A DNA stretch of 63,264 bases, filler included, from Rhabdomonas costata (taxonomy: Eukaryota): NCBI GenBank assembly GCA_019059605.1. It is 56 parts of 56 records of this genome, joined end to end, with 100 filler letters (N's around TTAATTAATTAA, not from the genome) between each part and the next. Parts side by side here need not be neighbours in the genome. Positions count along the whole stretch, not along the records: positions 12,453 to 13,483 come from JAHMHO010032420.1; positions 13,584 to 14,615 come from JAHMHO010032421.1; positions 14,716 to 15,748 come from JAHMHO010032422.1; positions 15,849 to 16,880 come from JAHMHO010032423.1; positions 16,981 to 18,011 come from JAHMHO010032424.1; positions 18,112 to 19,143 come from JAHMHO010032425.1; positions 19,244 to 20,274 come from JAHMHO010032426.1; positions 20,375 to 21,405 come from JAHMHO010032427.1; 48 more parts are not named here. One strand, 5' to 3'. The translations under genes and the position numbers were made by a program. The notes under the pieces are model-generated. The model was not told the origin of the DNA and did no database searches. It saw only the letters and a program-made list of their open reading frames with translations. Of the stretch, positions 12,845 to 24,929 are shown piece by piece (position 1 is the first letter of the stretch; the number at the start of each line of letters is the position of its first letter).

Positions 12845-13362
12845 CTGGTATGCCCCTGAGGAGATGCGAATCACGCCCCTATGGGAGTTCTGCAGAAGGG
12901 TAGCCAGCGGGGGCTCGATCTCGGGGCATTCCGAAACCGCCAGCAAGACAATCTTCACACGAACCAATGACAGGCTCCTCTCCGTCTGCGAAACGATCGC
13001 CACAGAGCAAACACCCAGATAAAAACGGAGCGAAAACGAACCTCACCTTAAAAGTTGTGAACAGGGTGTGCTCTTCCCATCCATTTAATCCGCGATGCCC
13101 CTCACCCCCCGAAAATTAAGGTCACGGTCACACACACACAGAGAAAAAGAATTGTATTTCACTTCACTACGTGACGAACCTTGGTTTGAGAGGCCTCGGC
13201 CGATGCTTTGGTCCGTAGCTGGGCCTGGATCTGCAGGCAGTACAGCAGGGCCAGCCCAGCAGTGGGAAACCTGGCTGCGATGGCATCAGCCTGGACCAGC
13301 ACAAGCTCCCCCTTGAAGCGGGCGACCGTCCTGTACAAGAGCTCGTTGTGCCGCAACACCGC
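12845..13362 (-). CDS. Two exons (13180-13362, 12845-12985) of a degenerate class III adenylyl/guanylyl cyclase domain
   Basis: In-frame AG/GT exons of 183 and 141 nt; AVLRHNELLYRTVARFKGELVLVQADAIAARFPTAGLALLYCLQIQAQL resembles HN.L.R......GYEVKTEGDAF..AF.....A...C..IQ..L; RVKIVL and HRGVIRISSGAY resemble RVRMGI and HGGQILVS...Y. Confidence 0.65.
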
Positions 13363-14017
13363 CTGTTTTTTGGGAGTTTGCGGAAAAGACGAGCTCCGTT
13401 TTGGTTTCCTCACCACACCAATGAAAGCAAACCAGGCCTGAAGATCACGGTGGAGAAGACATGCCCACAATGAAAAAAACAAANNNNNNNNNNNNNNNNN
13501 NNNNNNNNNNNNNNNNNNNNNNNNNNNTTAATTAATTAANNNNNNNNNNNNNNNNNNNNNNNNNNNNNNNNNNNNNNNNNNNNGGGTGTTGTGTTAGTAG
13601 GAGGAGAATACAATGTTCGGGAGCTCCTAATGCTCTATGCTTCTTGGATTGCCTGCAGGTCCGTCCTGATGAGATGGCACCGGTTGATCCCCCGTATCAT
13701 TGACTGTTTAGCGTTTTACTCCCTCCCCGTGGACAGGCTATTCCAATCGATGTGGTTAGATTTTTCCCCCTGGGATACGTTCTTCCATATTTCGTTTTCC
13801 CCTCTCATTTTGAGTACATCGGCGACGCATGCCTTTTCGGTCGGGCTATTTTGCTGGTAAGGGGGTTAGGCTTGGGTTGACCCCCTGCCGGTAGAATGAC
13901 AAGTTCCAAGGGAATGATTATAACCCGCTTGTTGAACACTTTATAATGCCGCACCACAGTGCTTTGTTCCGTGCTCTGACCTCTTTTTCTTCTTTCGCCG
14001 TTTTTTTCTGCCCCAAG

Positions 14018-14610
14018 ATGGGAAGTCTTTTTTCCAAACGAAAGTCACTCCCTCCTAGCGACGCCGACACTCGCCGCAAGGCGAAGAAGCGAGCGGCGGT
14101 CAGTGCGTGGCTTTCTGTTGTGCAGCCTGACCTTAGCCTGCCCCCTGCCCCTTCCCTCACCGGAAGGCCCAGCCGCCGCAGCAGCGCGTTCTCCACCTTC
14201 CCTTCCACTGATAGTCTACGAAGCCATCGCGCCCGTGAGGGCCACTCCCTGCCCCCCGCTGCCCCATCCGAGTGCACTCTCGTCTCCAGCTCAGGTGAGT
14301 CCTCCGTACTGGCGCCCGCCGGGGGAGAGGGTCCATCCCCTGGTGGTTTGCCCAGATTTGCTCGAGGAGCTGGCCAGGTGCTCCTGCCGGACTCCGGAGA
14401 TTCCCTCTGAGATCTCGAAAGTTCGCACAGTTACCACTGTTGATGTGGAGTGTCCCACGCCTCGCAGCGGGGGAAGGCACGGCTCGCAGGCCAGCCACAT
14501 GATGCCGTTCCACACGCCTTCCACGAACTCACAGTCCCCGTCGCCGTCTGCCCCGGGCTCTAGCCCCCGGGACATGTCCTTGGTGTGCACGGGGAACCCG
14601 CTGACCCCCA
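14018..14610 (+). CDS. N-terminus of a Ser/Pro-rich protein with an N-myristoylation motif; probable 61-nt intron at 14295-14355
   Basis: ATG follows a pyrimidine tract + AG; starts MGSLFSKRK (MGxxxS); removing GTGAG...CCCAG joins the two overlapping ORFs in frame. Confidence 0.6.
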
Positions 14611-15137
14611 AAACCNNNNNNNNNNNNNNNNNNNNNNNNNNNNNNNNNNNNNNNNNNNNTTAATTAATTAANNNNNNNNNNNNNNNNNNNNNNNNNNNNN
14701 NNNNNNNNNNNNNNNCTTTGTCCTTCTTCCGCCTCGTTGTGGATACTTTGTGGATACCACAGAAAAGGATGTCTTAAATTGAATGAGTGAGAGTGTGTGT
14801 CTTCCCATAAGTGGGTGTGTAGATTAGTAATAATCGGAGAGACGTTTGCTTTACTGGTGAATCGCATGTCGTTCAGATACCTGTGCCTCAGTGCTGCTGC
14901 CGCCCTCGTGGAGTACTGCGGTGTGTAATTTTATGGAGGATGCTATGCCGAGGGGCCCACATCATACTATTATGCTATCTTTTCTCGGGGGGGGGGGTAT
15001 GAACTTCAGCATGAGACGACAACGCTTTTCGATGGGCGTCAAAGCGGAGGTGGAGATACCGCCACATGTTTGAAGGGCGAAACGGAGCTAGGCTAAGCGA
15101 GCTTCACTTCGGTGTTCGACCTGCTCCTGCTATGCAG

Positions 15138-15425
15138 TTTCCGGATAATCGGTGCTGGAAACCTATGAAGGGACTGAGCTCGGACATATGGATCCATGGC
15201 GCACATTCTCGATTGCCTAGGATTTGGTCAGGTGAATTCAGGAGGAAAGAAGCGAACGCTACCCCAGAGAAATATGAGTCAAAAGCGCACTCTGTGTGCG
15301 CAAACTTGTGCAGCCATGCCATGTTTCTATCTTTTCTGTATTGCGGTGGCGCAGAGCACGTCCAGAACGTTTGGTTCGCCCAAGGCACCATGAAGGTCGT
15401 GTTCAAGAGCTTGGCGGTGCTGTAA
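15138..15425 (+). CDS. Last two exons (15138-15231, 15355-15425) of an unknown protein
   Basis: Phase-compatible GT-AG intron; FPDNRCWKPMKGLSSDIWIHGAHSRLPRIWSEHVQNVWFAQGTMKVVFKSLAVL-stop. Confidence 0.5.
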   Translation, partial: FPDNRCWKPMKGLSSDIWIHGAHSRLPRIWSGEFRRKEANATPEKYESKAHSVCANLCSHAMFLSFLYCGGAEHVQNVWFAQGTMKVVFKSLAVL

Positions 15426-15854
15426 CCTGCCGCACCCGCCCCCCCCCCCGCATCTCCTTGCGTTCAGTCAGGTGACCCTTCGCTTCTGGAACCTGTGCAC
15501 CTTTCAGCTAATCCGTTAATGATAGTAGTGTTCACATTTTGGACAAAGGACAAGTCAATTGCTCACAGCAAAAGTTGAACCTGAAAAGGTGTATACAATC
15601 GAAAATGGGGACTGCGAGAAGGTCATTGCAGAAGCAGGGCTAATGATGTATGAAATGTAAACTTCAGAGCTCCTTCTCCAGACATGGGCCCACAAGCGAA
15701 AGAAAACGAAAGAAGCAGAAGAAAGCAAACAAGCAAGCCACCAAACAANNNNNNNNNNNNNNNNNNNNNNNNNNNNNNNNNNNNNNNNNNNNTTAATTAA
15801 TTAANNNNNNNNNNNNNNNNNNNNNNNNNNNNNNNNNNNNNNNNNNNNGTTGTT

Positions 15855-15963
15855 TTGGATCGACGGGAGCACCCTTCCCACAAGTTGTTCCACTTCCCCT
15901 TGACGAAATTTTCGTCAAGGGGAAGTGGAACAACTTGTGGGAAGGGTGCTCCCGTCGATCCAA
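15855..15963. repeat. Near-perfect palindrome at the contig start (probable amplification fold-back)
   Basis: TTGGATCGACGGGAGC...GACGAAA is followed almost immediately by its reverse complement. Confidence 0.9.
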
Positions 15964-16016
15964 AGAACACCAAAAAGATTTCTCAAAGCCCACGGCGGCT
16001 AGCAGCTGGGAACAAC

Positions 16017-16208
16017 CTGCTGATGAGCTCAGGCGATTCGATCGTTCATCAGCTTTCTCTTCAAGGTCACCCGGAAGGAGCAGCTCAGCAAGGAAGATCT
16101 TGTTGTGCGAGCAAAACAACGCTTCAGCAGTGCCTCCGTCGTCTCGGAGAAGCACGCACCGCGAGCCGTGAGGCCGCCCTGGACTCATCAAGCCCTGAGG
16201 CAGAGCTT
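16017..16208 (-). CDS. Probable internal exon, unknown protein
   Basis: CAG/GT boundaries, 192 nt, open frame EALPQGLMSPGRPHGSRCVLLRDDGG... Confidence 0.4.
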
Positions 16209-17422
16209 CTGACGCAGCACCGAGGGAGGCATAGACATGGCTATGGCTACGCTGCGCACCATCGCTCTTCATTGGGTCAAAGAAGTGAAGGAAGAAAGAG
16301 GAGATGCACAACTGGGGATTCTTGGGAGGATATGCACAGGGGAAGGCAACTATGCCCTCCACTCCATTCGAGTCCGCCCGTCCGTTGGTGGTCATCACCG
16401 AATCATCACTCACAAGTCACTGCTGGGTGTGCGTTGGTGGCACAGCGCTACGAAATAAATAGCAATGCGATGTAATTTGATACGTATACCAGTTCGTCAA
16501 CGCCCTGAAGAAGAAAGTGGCAAAGCAATTTCAAACAACCACCACCAAAAAGATACATCGAAACCACAGATAAACACCAAGGCAACCTGCCTCATTATCA
16601 GAAAAAGGGTAAGCACAAGCAAAAATGTTTCAAGCATCTGTCTGGATATTGCTACTTAAATTCACCTAATCCTCAGTGTTTGAATTTTATCTCGGATTCC
16701 ATGGCGTATGCTTAGGGACGTGCCAAGAACGAAGATGCAACGGCGGCTCGGCACTCTTTGGGACCACAGAGATTGAAAAGATAGAAACAGGGAGAAAAGA
16801 GATCCCGATCTCTCGCACCCAACCTTTCTGCTGTGCTGAGACTTGAGCAGGCAGAGGCTATTGGGTGCTCACCCAAAAACNNNNNNNNNNNNNNNNNNNN
16901 NNNNNNNNNNNNNNNNNNNNNNNNTTAATTAATTAANNNNNNNNNNNNNNNNNNNNNNNNNNNNNNNNNNNNNNNNNNNNTTGTGTGGTGAGTCTCGGCA
17001 CCTTGCATCGCCGCCTGCAACCAAGTGTAAACGTGTGACAAACAAGCAGCGGAGAGTGGGACCGAGACGGATGGAGCTTTGCTCCATTGAGCTACTTTCT
17101 CACTCCCACTTAGCAGAAATCGGGAGTGTATAATAGCATTCTCAATCACAAACCACAACACTGACGTTTTGAATCAACTGCTGACCAGATCAAATAAAAA
17201 TACACGAATGCACATTCTCCCAGCTCCCTGCATCGCCGCCCGTAAACAAGTGCAAACCCGTGGCAAACAAGAGTTCAAAACAGCCTAGCATCGCAATTTC
17301 TCGAATACCTACGCTTACCAACTTCTGCGTTTTGGTCAACTGCCAGCTGAAAAAACTTCGTCAAAAGTTCCAGGAATGCGCATTCTTCCAATTAGCTGTC
17401 GCACAAACAAAACGCCCCACAC

Positions 17423-18004
17423 CGGCTCGGCAGGAGGAACGCTGACCGGAAAGTACATCCCCACTTCCCCCAAAGTCACCGCAGATCGGCCCTCACTGCC
17501 TTCGGCAAGAGCTTGCGAGGTGGCGTCCATCCCCATCGAGGGGGCAATGCTGCCTTCGGTGCTGGCCGCCGCCCGGCCGACGGGGGCTGCACCGCCGGGG
17601 GGTGGGGAGGACGACAGCTCACTGAGAGCTTGCAGCGAGGATGCTGTTGTGAAGAACGAAACTAACTGCGGAGCAGCTGCTTCAGCAGAAAGCCTGTTGG
17701 GCTGGAGGAAAACCACCGACGCCACGAACCCTCCCGCAGGGACCCCCGACACTCGGGTCGCCGCCGCTGCGGCTGCGGTCCCCCCGCGTTGCCGCTCAAG
17801 GGTCTGCAGGATAAACCGGTGCGGGCAGAACCGCATCGACGAGAACCAAGAGCGGTCCAGAAGCTCCCCCAGGAACTGCCGCACCGCCCCAAGGTGAACC
17901 TTGTCCTGGGAGTCCCCCACCCAAACCTTCACCGAGAAGCTGCTGCGCTGCTTCCGGAACACCGTCGCGCCGTGCACCCCAGAGCCACCCGGGAACTGAC
18001 CACC
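17423..18004 (-). CDS. Long GC-rich exon fragment, unknown protein
   Basis: Open frame from the contig edge (FSVKVWVGDSQDKVHLGAVRQFLGELLDRSWF...) to a GTGTG donor at 17422. Confidence 0.55.
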
Positions 18005-19429
18005 CACACCCNNNNNNNNNNNNNNNNNNNNNNNNNNNNNNNNNNNNNNNNNNNNTTAATTAATTAANNNNNNNNNNNNNNNNNNNNNNNNNNNNNNNNN
18101 NNNNNNNNNNNTTTTGTGGTGTTAAGCGAGATGATTTTTGGGTTAACTGGCGTTGGCTGATTCAAGCCGCGTATTCAGAAGCAAGGCAGTCTTGCTTGCA
18201 CCAAATCTAACGGCCGAAAACCAATCCAGGAACTGTTCATTTCTGCTCAAATAAACGAGGTTACACTACATTGCTCGCAGATAAGCCTTCTTTTTAGTCG
18301 AGCGACGAGGTGTTTTGCTAAGAAAGCGGCGAAAAGCATTGCACCCGTTGAGCAGGCAAACACAAGTAACCGTTATTTTAAAACAATAGAAAGGTTTCGA
18401 AGTAAATGTGGTGACATCAAGTGTCTTTGCTGTGCATCAGTCGCTGCTCCGTCCATCGCAGTGGACACTTTTATTTTTTGGCTTAAAGCGGAAACAGCTA
18501 CCTTGAGCGCGTATTACAGCACTTTTTTGCGACGATGATTCTGTCTTTAGCAAATTAGTTTGCCAAATGAGGGCGTGCACCACTTCACGCTGTTTGTTGG
18601 GAACCACCGCCGGAACGCGGAGTACGTACAAATCCTGCGCTTTTTGTTTATGTAGCGTTTCTCCCCATGGCCGGTGCTGGCCTCGTTTGGCTATATGGTG
18701 GGTTGGGAAGCGACCCTGGACAATTCCGCGGTTAGGACAACGATTCGTTTTTGGCGGCTCAATTGCCTGTTGCCGTGTGCCGCCGCTGACCCCAACACGC
18801 ATATTTCACGCATAAGGAATATCAGAAACGAAGTGCCGTACAAACCTAGTTTTGAAAGGATCTAGATTCAAACGATCGGACGTAAAGTGGGGCAAAGGGA
18901 CCAGACTTCCGGGGCGAAAGGCCTCAAAAAGAGGGCGAGAGGGCGGGAGCGAGCGCGAGAGCCAGATCGTGAGGGAGGGAGAAGGGTCACACAGACCAGA
19001 CGTTGCCAAAAAAATACGTGGAAATGTTCGAATAAGCAGACGGGCGCACGCGCCAACAACGAAGACGGGCGCGGCCACGAGAAGCCTTGGAAAAGACAAC
19101 CCGACTAGAAAAGTACGGGATCACCCACCTAGGGAAAAATGGCNNNNNNNNNNNNNNNNNNNNNNNNNNNNNNNNNNNNNNNNNNNNTTAATTAATTAAN
19201 NNNNNNNNNNNNNNNNNNNNNNNNNNNNNNNNNNNNNNNNNNNTTTGGTTTATTTCCCCTTGCAATCTGAACAAAAACGCACACAAAAGCAAACGGAAAT
19301 AAACCAAAACCTTCTCTTTCCTAGACTCTTTACATTCCATTTTGTCTGCGGCCAAACCTTAATTTTTAATTCAACAAGGGGACAAGTCTGATAAAAACTG
19401 GTCCAAGAATCTGAAAATCTGAAAATCAA

Positions 19430-20100
19430 TACTTCCGGGGGATGATAAATTTAGCTTCTAAAAATAAAAGCGTTTACAGGAGACTAAATCTAAGACATGT
19501 TGATACACCAAGACTATAGATAAGCGCTTGGAGGCATTGCGACATATTTAAGACATTTTTTGAGAAAATCGTCTTTGCATACCATAGACGCGCACGTGCG
19601 CGCATCTAGATGTCCAGTAATTGTTTAAAATACTCGGCATAGGTAAACTTATTCGACACACAGGATAGAAAAAGAACTGTAAAACCTCACTGGAAACAGC
19701 CGTCCTTGATGATGGAGCTCAAAAGAGCAAACAGTAGGTGCCTGGGGGAGCTCCGCCCCCCCCAGACCCACCCGCACGTGCATGGCGTCATAACCTCCTG
19801 CGAGAAAAATACTTTTATCTAAAGTGTGTCGAATAAGTATACCTGCGCGAAACGCGCAAAAGATTTGGAATCAGACCTCAGACCAGAATATCATCTTAAT
19901 CGTGCAGTTGCGTTTCCAGTGCCACAAAAAGTTACAGACGTGAAGAGATTCTTTGAAATCTGTTGGTTCTATTACAGGTTTGTGGAAAACTACGCTACAG
20001 CTTTGTATAAATTGACGGACATGATGAAGACGGTATACACAGTGGGCGTGTTTTCCAGAAAAGTAGCAAGCTTTTGAGTTTATGAACTAGATCTTGCTAC
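19430..20100 (+). pseudogene. Decayed Ty3/gypsy reverse transcriptase / RT-RNase H connection
   Basis: AVAFPVPQKVTDVKRFFEICWFYYRFVENYATALYKLTDMMK resembles FP.P....VR.FLG...YYRRFI.NYA..A.PLT.LLK; flanks contain stops and frameshifts. Confidence 0.75.
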
Positions 20101-21998
20101 AGGCACTATTTATTCAGTCCAAAAGTCAAAACACAGCTTATTTTTATGAAACAGGTGGCAGCGAACTATATTTATCTTTGACGTGCAATAATTTGAAGAT
20201 CAGATGCAAATAGAAGAGAAAAAATTACAATTAATAAATTGCGTGCGCAGCTGAAATCAGAATTGTTGTTTTTTNNNNNNNNNNNNNNNNNNNNNNNNNN
20301 NNNNNNNNNNNNNNNNNNTTAATTAATTAANNNNNNNNNNNNNNNNNNNNNNNNNNNNNNNNNNNNNNNNNNNNGGTTTGTGGGGATACCAGCGGGTCCA
20401 GGGGCGCCAGTCCTCCTCCTCCTCCTCCTCCTCCTCCAAGTGACCCACAGGATGGAACTGCTGGGAGTTAGGCCAATGTGGGCTGATGAGCAGCTCATAT
20501 ATGTTTTCTGTGGATTCGATTCGATGACGAGGGCGGCGCTGCCTCAGTTTTCCAGAACGCTTTCGTCGCGGAGCGCTTTTTGTTTGTTTCTTAGCAAACG
20601 CTTGAGCTGATGCAGTTGTGTTTGTGACTTCAACAGGAGCTTTGCAACGGGTGGGTTCGCCAGAAAGCTGCAAACAATTTACAAAGGAGCCGAGCGTCGG
20701 TCAGCTGATTCTCGGAGGACATGGCCCCGCAGCTGCGGACTTAAATACTGGCCCGCGAATTGTGGGTCGCTGGTCCCGTCCAATTAGCAAACCATCCGTT
20801 ACCCCAAATCCTCAAAACCTCAGGTCTGAGCGCGGGCGGTTGTTGGCAAGTACGCGAAGTACCGCATGAACCGTGTGGTTTCGGTGGGCATCAGGCGGCG
20901 TAGAGCCATTTGTCTGGGCCCCCTTTCGCGGGATAGAGGCAGATGGGTTTTTGTACATACGTTGAGGGTGCCGTCGATAAAACCTCCTCTGGGGAAAGAA
21001 TTTAGCAAGAAGAATCGCAAGATCTGGGGATACGCCACACAAATTGGCGGTCGGGGAAGTGCTGAAAGTGAGCTTCTCATAAGGTAGATTTTCCGAATGT
21101 TGTGCATAAAGCATTTGGAAAAAACAGAGACAGTGAATCGAGGTTTACGATGTAACTGCTTTGGATTGATGAAAGGTGATGGGTGGGGGGTTCGGGGTAT
21201 TTCTTGGCGATGAAGTATTCTTTCAGTACGGTGCGGGTGCGTTTCGCCGTGTTTTACGTGCTCACCTTTGGCTTCCTAGCCTAGCGCCAAGGTGGTTGTC
21301 CTTTTGCGGTTACTCAACTCTGTCTGTTGTACCCCCCTCCCTCCCGGCGATGCAGTGACGCAGTGACTGGTGTGTGGAAATGGGGCGTGTTTCGCACCAA
21401 ACAAANNNNNNNNNNNNNNNNNNNNNNNNNNNNNNNNNNNNNNNNNNNNTTAATTAATTAANNNNNNNNNNNNNNNNNNNNNNNNNNNNNNNNNNNNNNN
21501 NNNNNGGGGGGGGTGAACTATCCTCCACCCATTCCATTTCTGTCACCCTCACATTCCTATCCTGTTTCAGTCTTTACATTAATTTTGTGCTTTATCGTCT
21601 TTGTTTCTTATGTGCTTAGTTCACCCCAGCTATCTCTCTCACGCTCCTTGCTGTAAATTGTTTGTTTTTTGGTGTTGCACTCTTCTCCTTGATAGCGCGA
21701 GAGCTGCACCTTCTTTGTAAAGCGCTTTTCGGATAAGCTGCTGGACATTTGGGGCGGGGACTCTGCCGTATTTTTCATATTGTTACCAACGTCCCGGTTC
21801 TCTCACGAGACAGGAGGACTGGTTGCAGAAAAGAGAGAGTGTGTGTAAGTGAGGTGAAAGGGGTGAACTCTGGGTTGAGCAGCTGGATGGTCTGATGTCT
21901 TACTAGAGAGAGAGAGAAGAGACAAAGGGGAGGGCGAACCCGCTGAGGGCATTCTCCTATCAGTACCAACGACGCATGGAAAAGGGTGTGGTATAAGG

Positions 21999-22111
21999 AC
22001 GGCACCCACAACGTATGTACAACCAAACGTACACCCCTTCCCGCCTCTCCCGTCACACCGAACGGGGCCAGGCAAAATGGCTCTTGTGCCCACAAAGCTC
22101 AGTGTGCTGCC
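21999..22111 (+). repeat. ~110-bp dispersed repeat, copy 1
   Basis: ACGGCACCCACAACGTATG...CCGAACGGG...CTTGTGCCCACAAAGCTCA.TGTGCTGCC, also at 47290-47392. Confidence 0.85.
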
Positions 22112-22646
22112 TTTACTATCACCATCACTTCTGTCATCACTTCTTCATCAACTTACACACGAAGGCATGCAGTCACATAGTGGCGCATGCCGTAGTATTG
22201 GTCTTTCTCTCTCAAGGTACTGCGGTGGAGTGACGAACAAGACATCTAGGGAGTGATGTGAACGTAGTGAACCACGACATGCTCTGTGTCAAGGGCATCA
22301 CCACACCCAGCGATGTCAGTTGGCAGGTGGGATGGTCCAGCGGAGCCCAGCATGCAACGTGAGAGGGTGAATGCTACCGACCCTAACCCTGATGTCGTAG
22401 AGTGAGGGATGTTGGTGCGTAGAGGCAGGGCGCATGGCTGATGTCATGTTGACCGTGAGACCAACTACGCAAGATGCCAACCCCTGGTGTGGTGAAGAGT
22501 GGCTGCAGGAGGGCCGCTCAGAGGAAAGGGAGATGCCNNNNNNNNNNNNNNNNNNNNNNNNNNNNNNNNNNNNNNNNNNNNTTAATTAATTAANNNNNNN
22601 NNNNNNNNNNNNNNNNNNNNNNNNNNNNNNNNNNNNNGGCTCACCG

Positions 22647-22648
<2 letters not shown>

Positions 22649-22689
<41 letters not shown>
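22649..22689. repeat. (GT)n microsatellite
   Basis: Uninterrupted GT run of ~40 nt. Confidence 0.98.
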
Positions 22690-22690
<1 letters not shown>

Positions 22691-22910
22691 CAAATGCACT
22701 ATGTGGAAGCGGCCCTCGCACCTGTCGTTTCAAGGCCTCCATGTCCTTTTTGTTCGGAGGCTCGGCAGGACGAACAGGGGTGACCTTGGACCTAAATGAA
22801 AAAAGAAAATTATGAGGATTTTGATGGAGAATGGATGCGATGATCTTGACAATGACGCCGTGTCAAAACGAAGAACCCCGTGCAGGTAGACTGCCATACA
22901 CTGGTTTTGG

Positions 22911-23676
22911 TCAGATGGCTGCTGTTGCTGGAAAGAACCGAAAGCGGTCCTTATTCTTTTTCTTAGAGTACACACCAGAACTGTTTTCTGTTGGGGGGGG
23001 GGATTAAGTTACACCGAGTGAGCGTAGGACTGTCATTTGAGGTCTCGTAGAAGTAGGACGGCAGAATATGAGCGAAAATAAAGGCACTGCACGCTCATAC
23101 GCAGAACCACCCGCATACTGCGTGCACGACGAGGCAGGCTTGTCGTATTATTCCCCCTCCCCCCACTCACACACACACTTCCTGGCCGCTTCTCGGGGGT
23201 CAGATGGCTTGATTGGTTACCAGCACTTTTTCTAAATATATAGGCGAATTCCAAAAACATATTCTTGACCCAAGGTGTACCTCACGCCTACAGTGGATGA
23301 TCTGGTCAACAATAACCAGAATATATACACAATCTATTTTGATTATCTTCGATGGAGATTCTTCATAGAATTTCACAGAACGTAGCGTAGCAGCATCTTC
23401 CTCAATTTTTTAATACCAATCAATACTCTGCTAGGTCAACTATATACACTTTGCCTTCAATGTCTAATTTTGCCATATTGTATGTCCATTTTGCCCATCC
23501 AATTGACCCCGCTGTAAAACAACAGCCACAACAGACAGGCATACTTCATCACCACCCTCTGCAGGGCGGACACTACCCTTCTCGCCGCGGTGGCAGGCCG
23601 CTCCTTCCCTGAGCCCCCCCTGGCCGAGCTGATAGTGGTGTCCACGGAGGTCTGCACGTCCGCAGTGGAGGGCCGG
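22911..23676 (-). CDS. Last two exons (23545-23676, 22911-22980) of an unknown protein
   Basis: GTATG donor and CAG acceptor are phase-compatible; ...RRVVSALQRVVMNSGVYSKKKNKDRFRFFPATAAI-stop. Confidence 0.5.
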
Positions 23677-23816
23677 NNNNNNNNNNNNNNNNNNNNNNNN
23701 NNNNNNNNNNNNNNNNNNNNTTAATTAATTAANNNNNNNNNNNNNNNNNNNNNNNNNNNNNNNNNNNNNNNNNNNNGGTTGGTTGTGGCCTGCTTCTTGT
23801 TCTTGATTGGTTTTAG

Positions 23817-23862
<46 letters not shown>

Positions 23863-23864
23863 GT
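23817..23864. repeat. (GT)n microsatellite
   Basis: GT run with one GC interruption. Confidence 0.97.
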
Positions 23865-24052
23865 CAAAACTCGATCAGGCGCAAGCTCAAGTAATGCGGT
23901 CGCGTTTATTGTCCGTTGGAGTCAGCTTGATTTAATTCAATTTGAAACAAGTTGGTTCGAGTCGGGCGTGGTGTCCCCTCTTTCAAGGATTTTCACAGAA
24001 AGGCTTTTTTGACTCCTTTATTTTTTGAGTGCGTGTTTAACGTCTGCTTTCG

Positions 24053-24601
24053 ATGTCACACTGTCCTCACGGAAACACCCCAGTATTGAATCCAGCCGCA
24101 CCCCTTTCGCCTTCGGCTGCGGAGGCGACAGGTGTCCCTTCATCCTCATCTGTGTCAGCATCTCCGTCCCCTTCTCCCCCGCCTCCTCCTCCTACTTCTT
24201 CTCCTGCTGCTCGTCCGCCTTTGCCTCATGGACGTCCCACGGTGCCGTCCTCTGGGTCCGGGCACCCCAGCCGTGTCGACGCGAACTCCGAAGCAACCTC
24301 TCGCTCACCACACCCAAATTCGCCCGCTGCCGTGCCAAACATGACTGCCGCTCAGACCACTGCCCTGTTCCAGAGAGCCCTCGGTCAGCGGCTGCAGCGC
24401 CAGCCGCCCAGGTCGAAGCCTGCTCCCGACCTGCCGATTGCAATGCCTGTGCAACGGGGATCTTCGTCGCGCTCCTCAGTAGGTGGCAACAGTGGAAGCA
24501 GCCTGGAGGTGGCGAATGTAAACGCTTTCTCCAGAGGTTGCATGACGACTGCCACACTTTGTGGGGTGTATCTCGCTGGTGATGGGCGACAGCCCCTACA
24601 G
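24053..24601 (+). CDS. Probable first exon: Pro/Ser-rich N-terminal region
   Basis: 183-codon ATG-initiated frame ending at CAG|GTGCG. Confidence 0.55.
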
Positions 24602-24929
24602 GTGCGCATGCGACCACTTTGGCGCATTTTGGGAACCAACGTCTGGGAAAGGAAGTCGCTGTGATCGTTCTTTGTGCTCACTTTGATGGATAAGCTGGCC
24701 AAATTGTGCAGACAGAGAAACGACGGTGATTAGTTTACTGTCATGTCAGAAACTCGAAACACTTGTTGGAACACTTCAACTTTTTGGGTTGTAACAAACC
24801 CAGCACCCAAACCCNNNNNNNNNNNNNNNNNNNNNNNNNNNNNNNNNNNNNNNNNNNNTTAATTAATTAANNNNNNNNNNNNNNNNNNNNNNNNNNNNNN
24901 NNNNNNNNNNNNNNGTTGGCTGGTATGTA

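Noticed and set aside
22381..22392. CCCTAACCCTGA as a telomeric repeat
   Set aside because: Fewer than two perfect units; expected by chance
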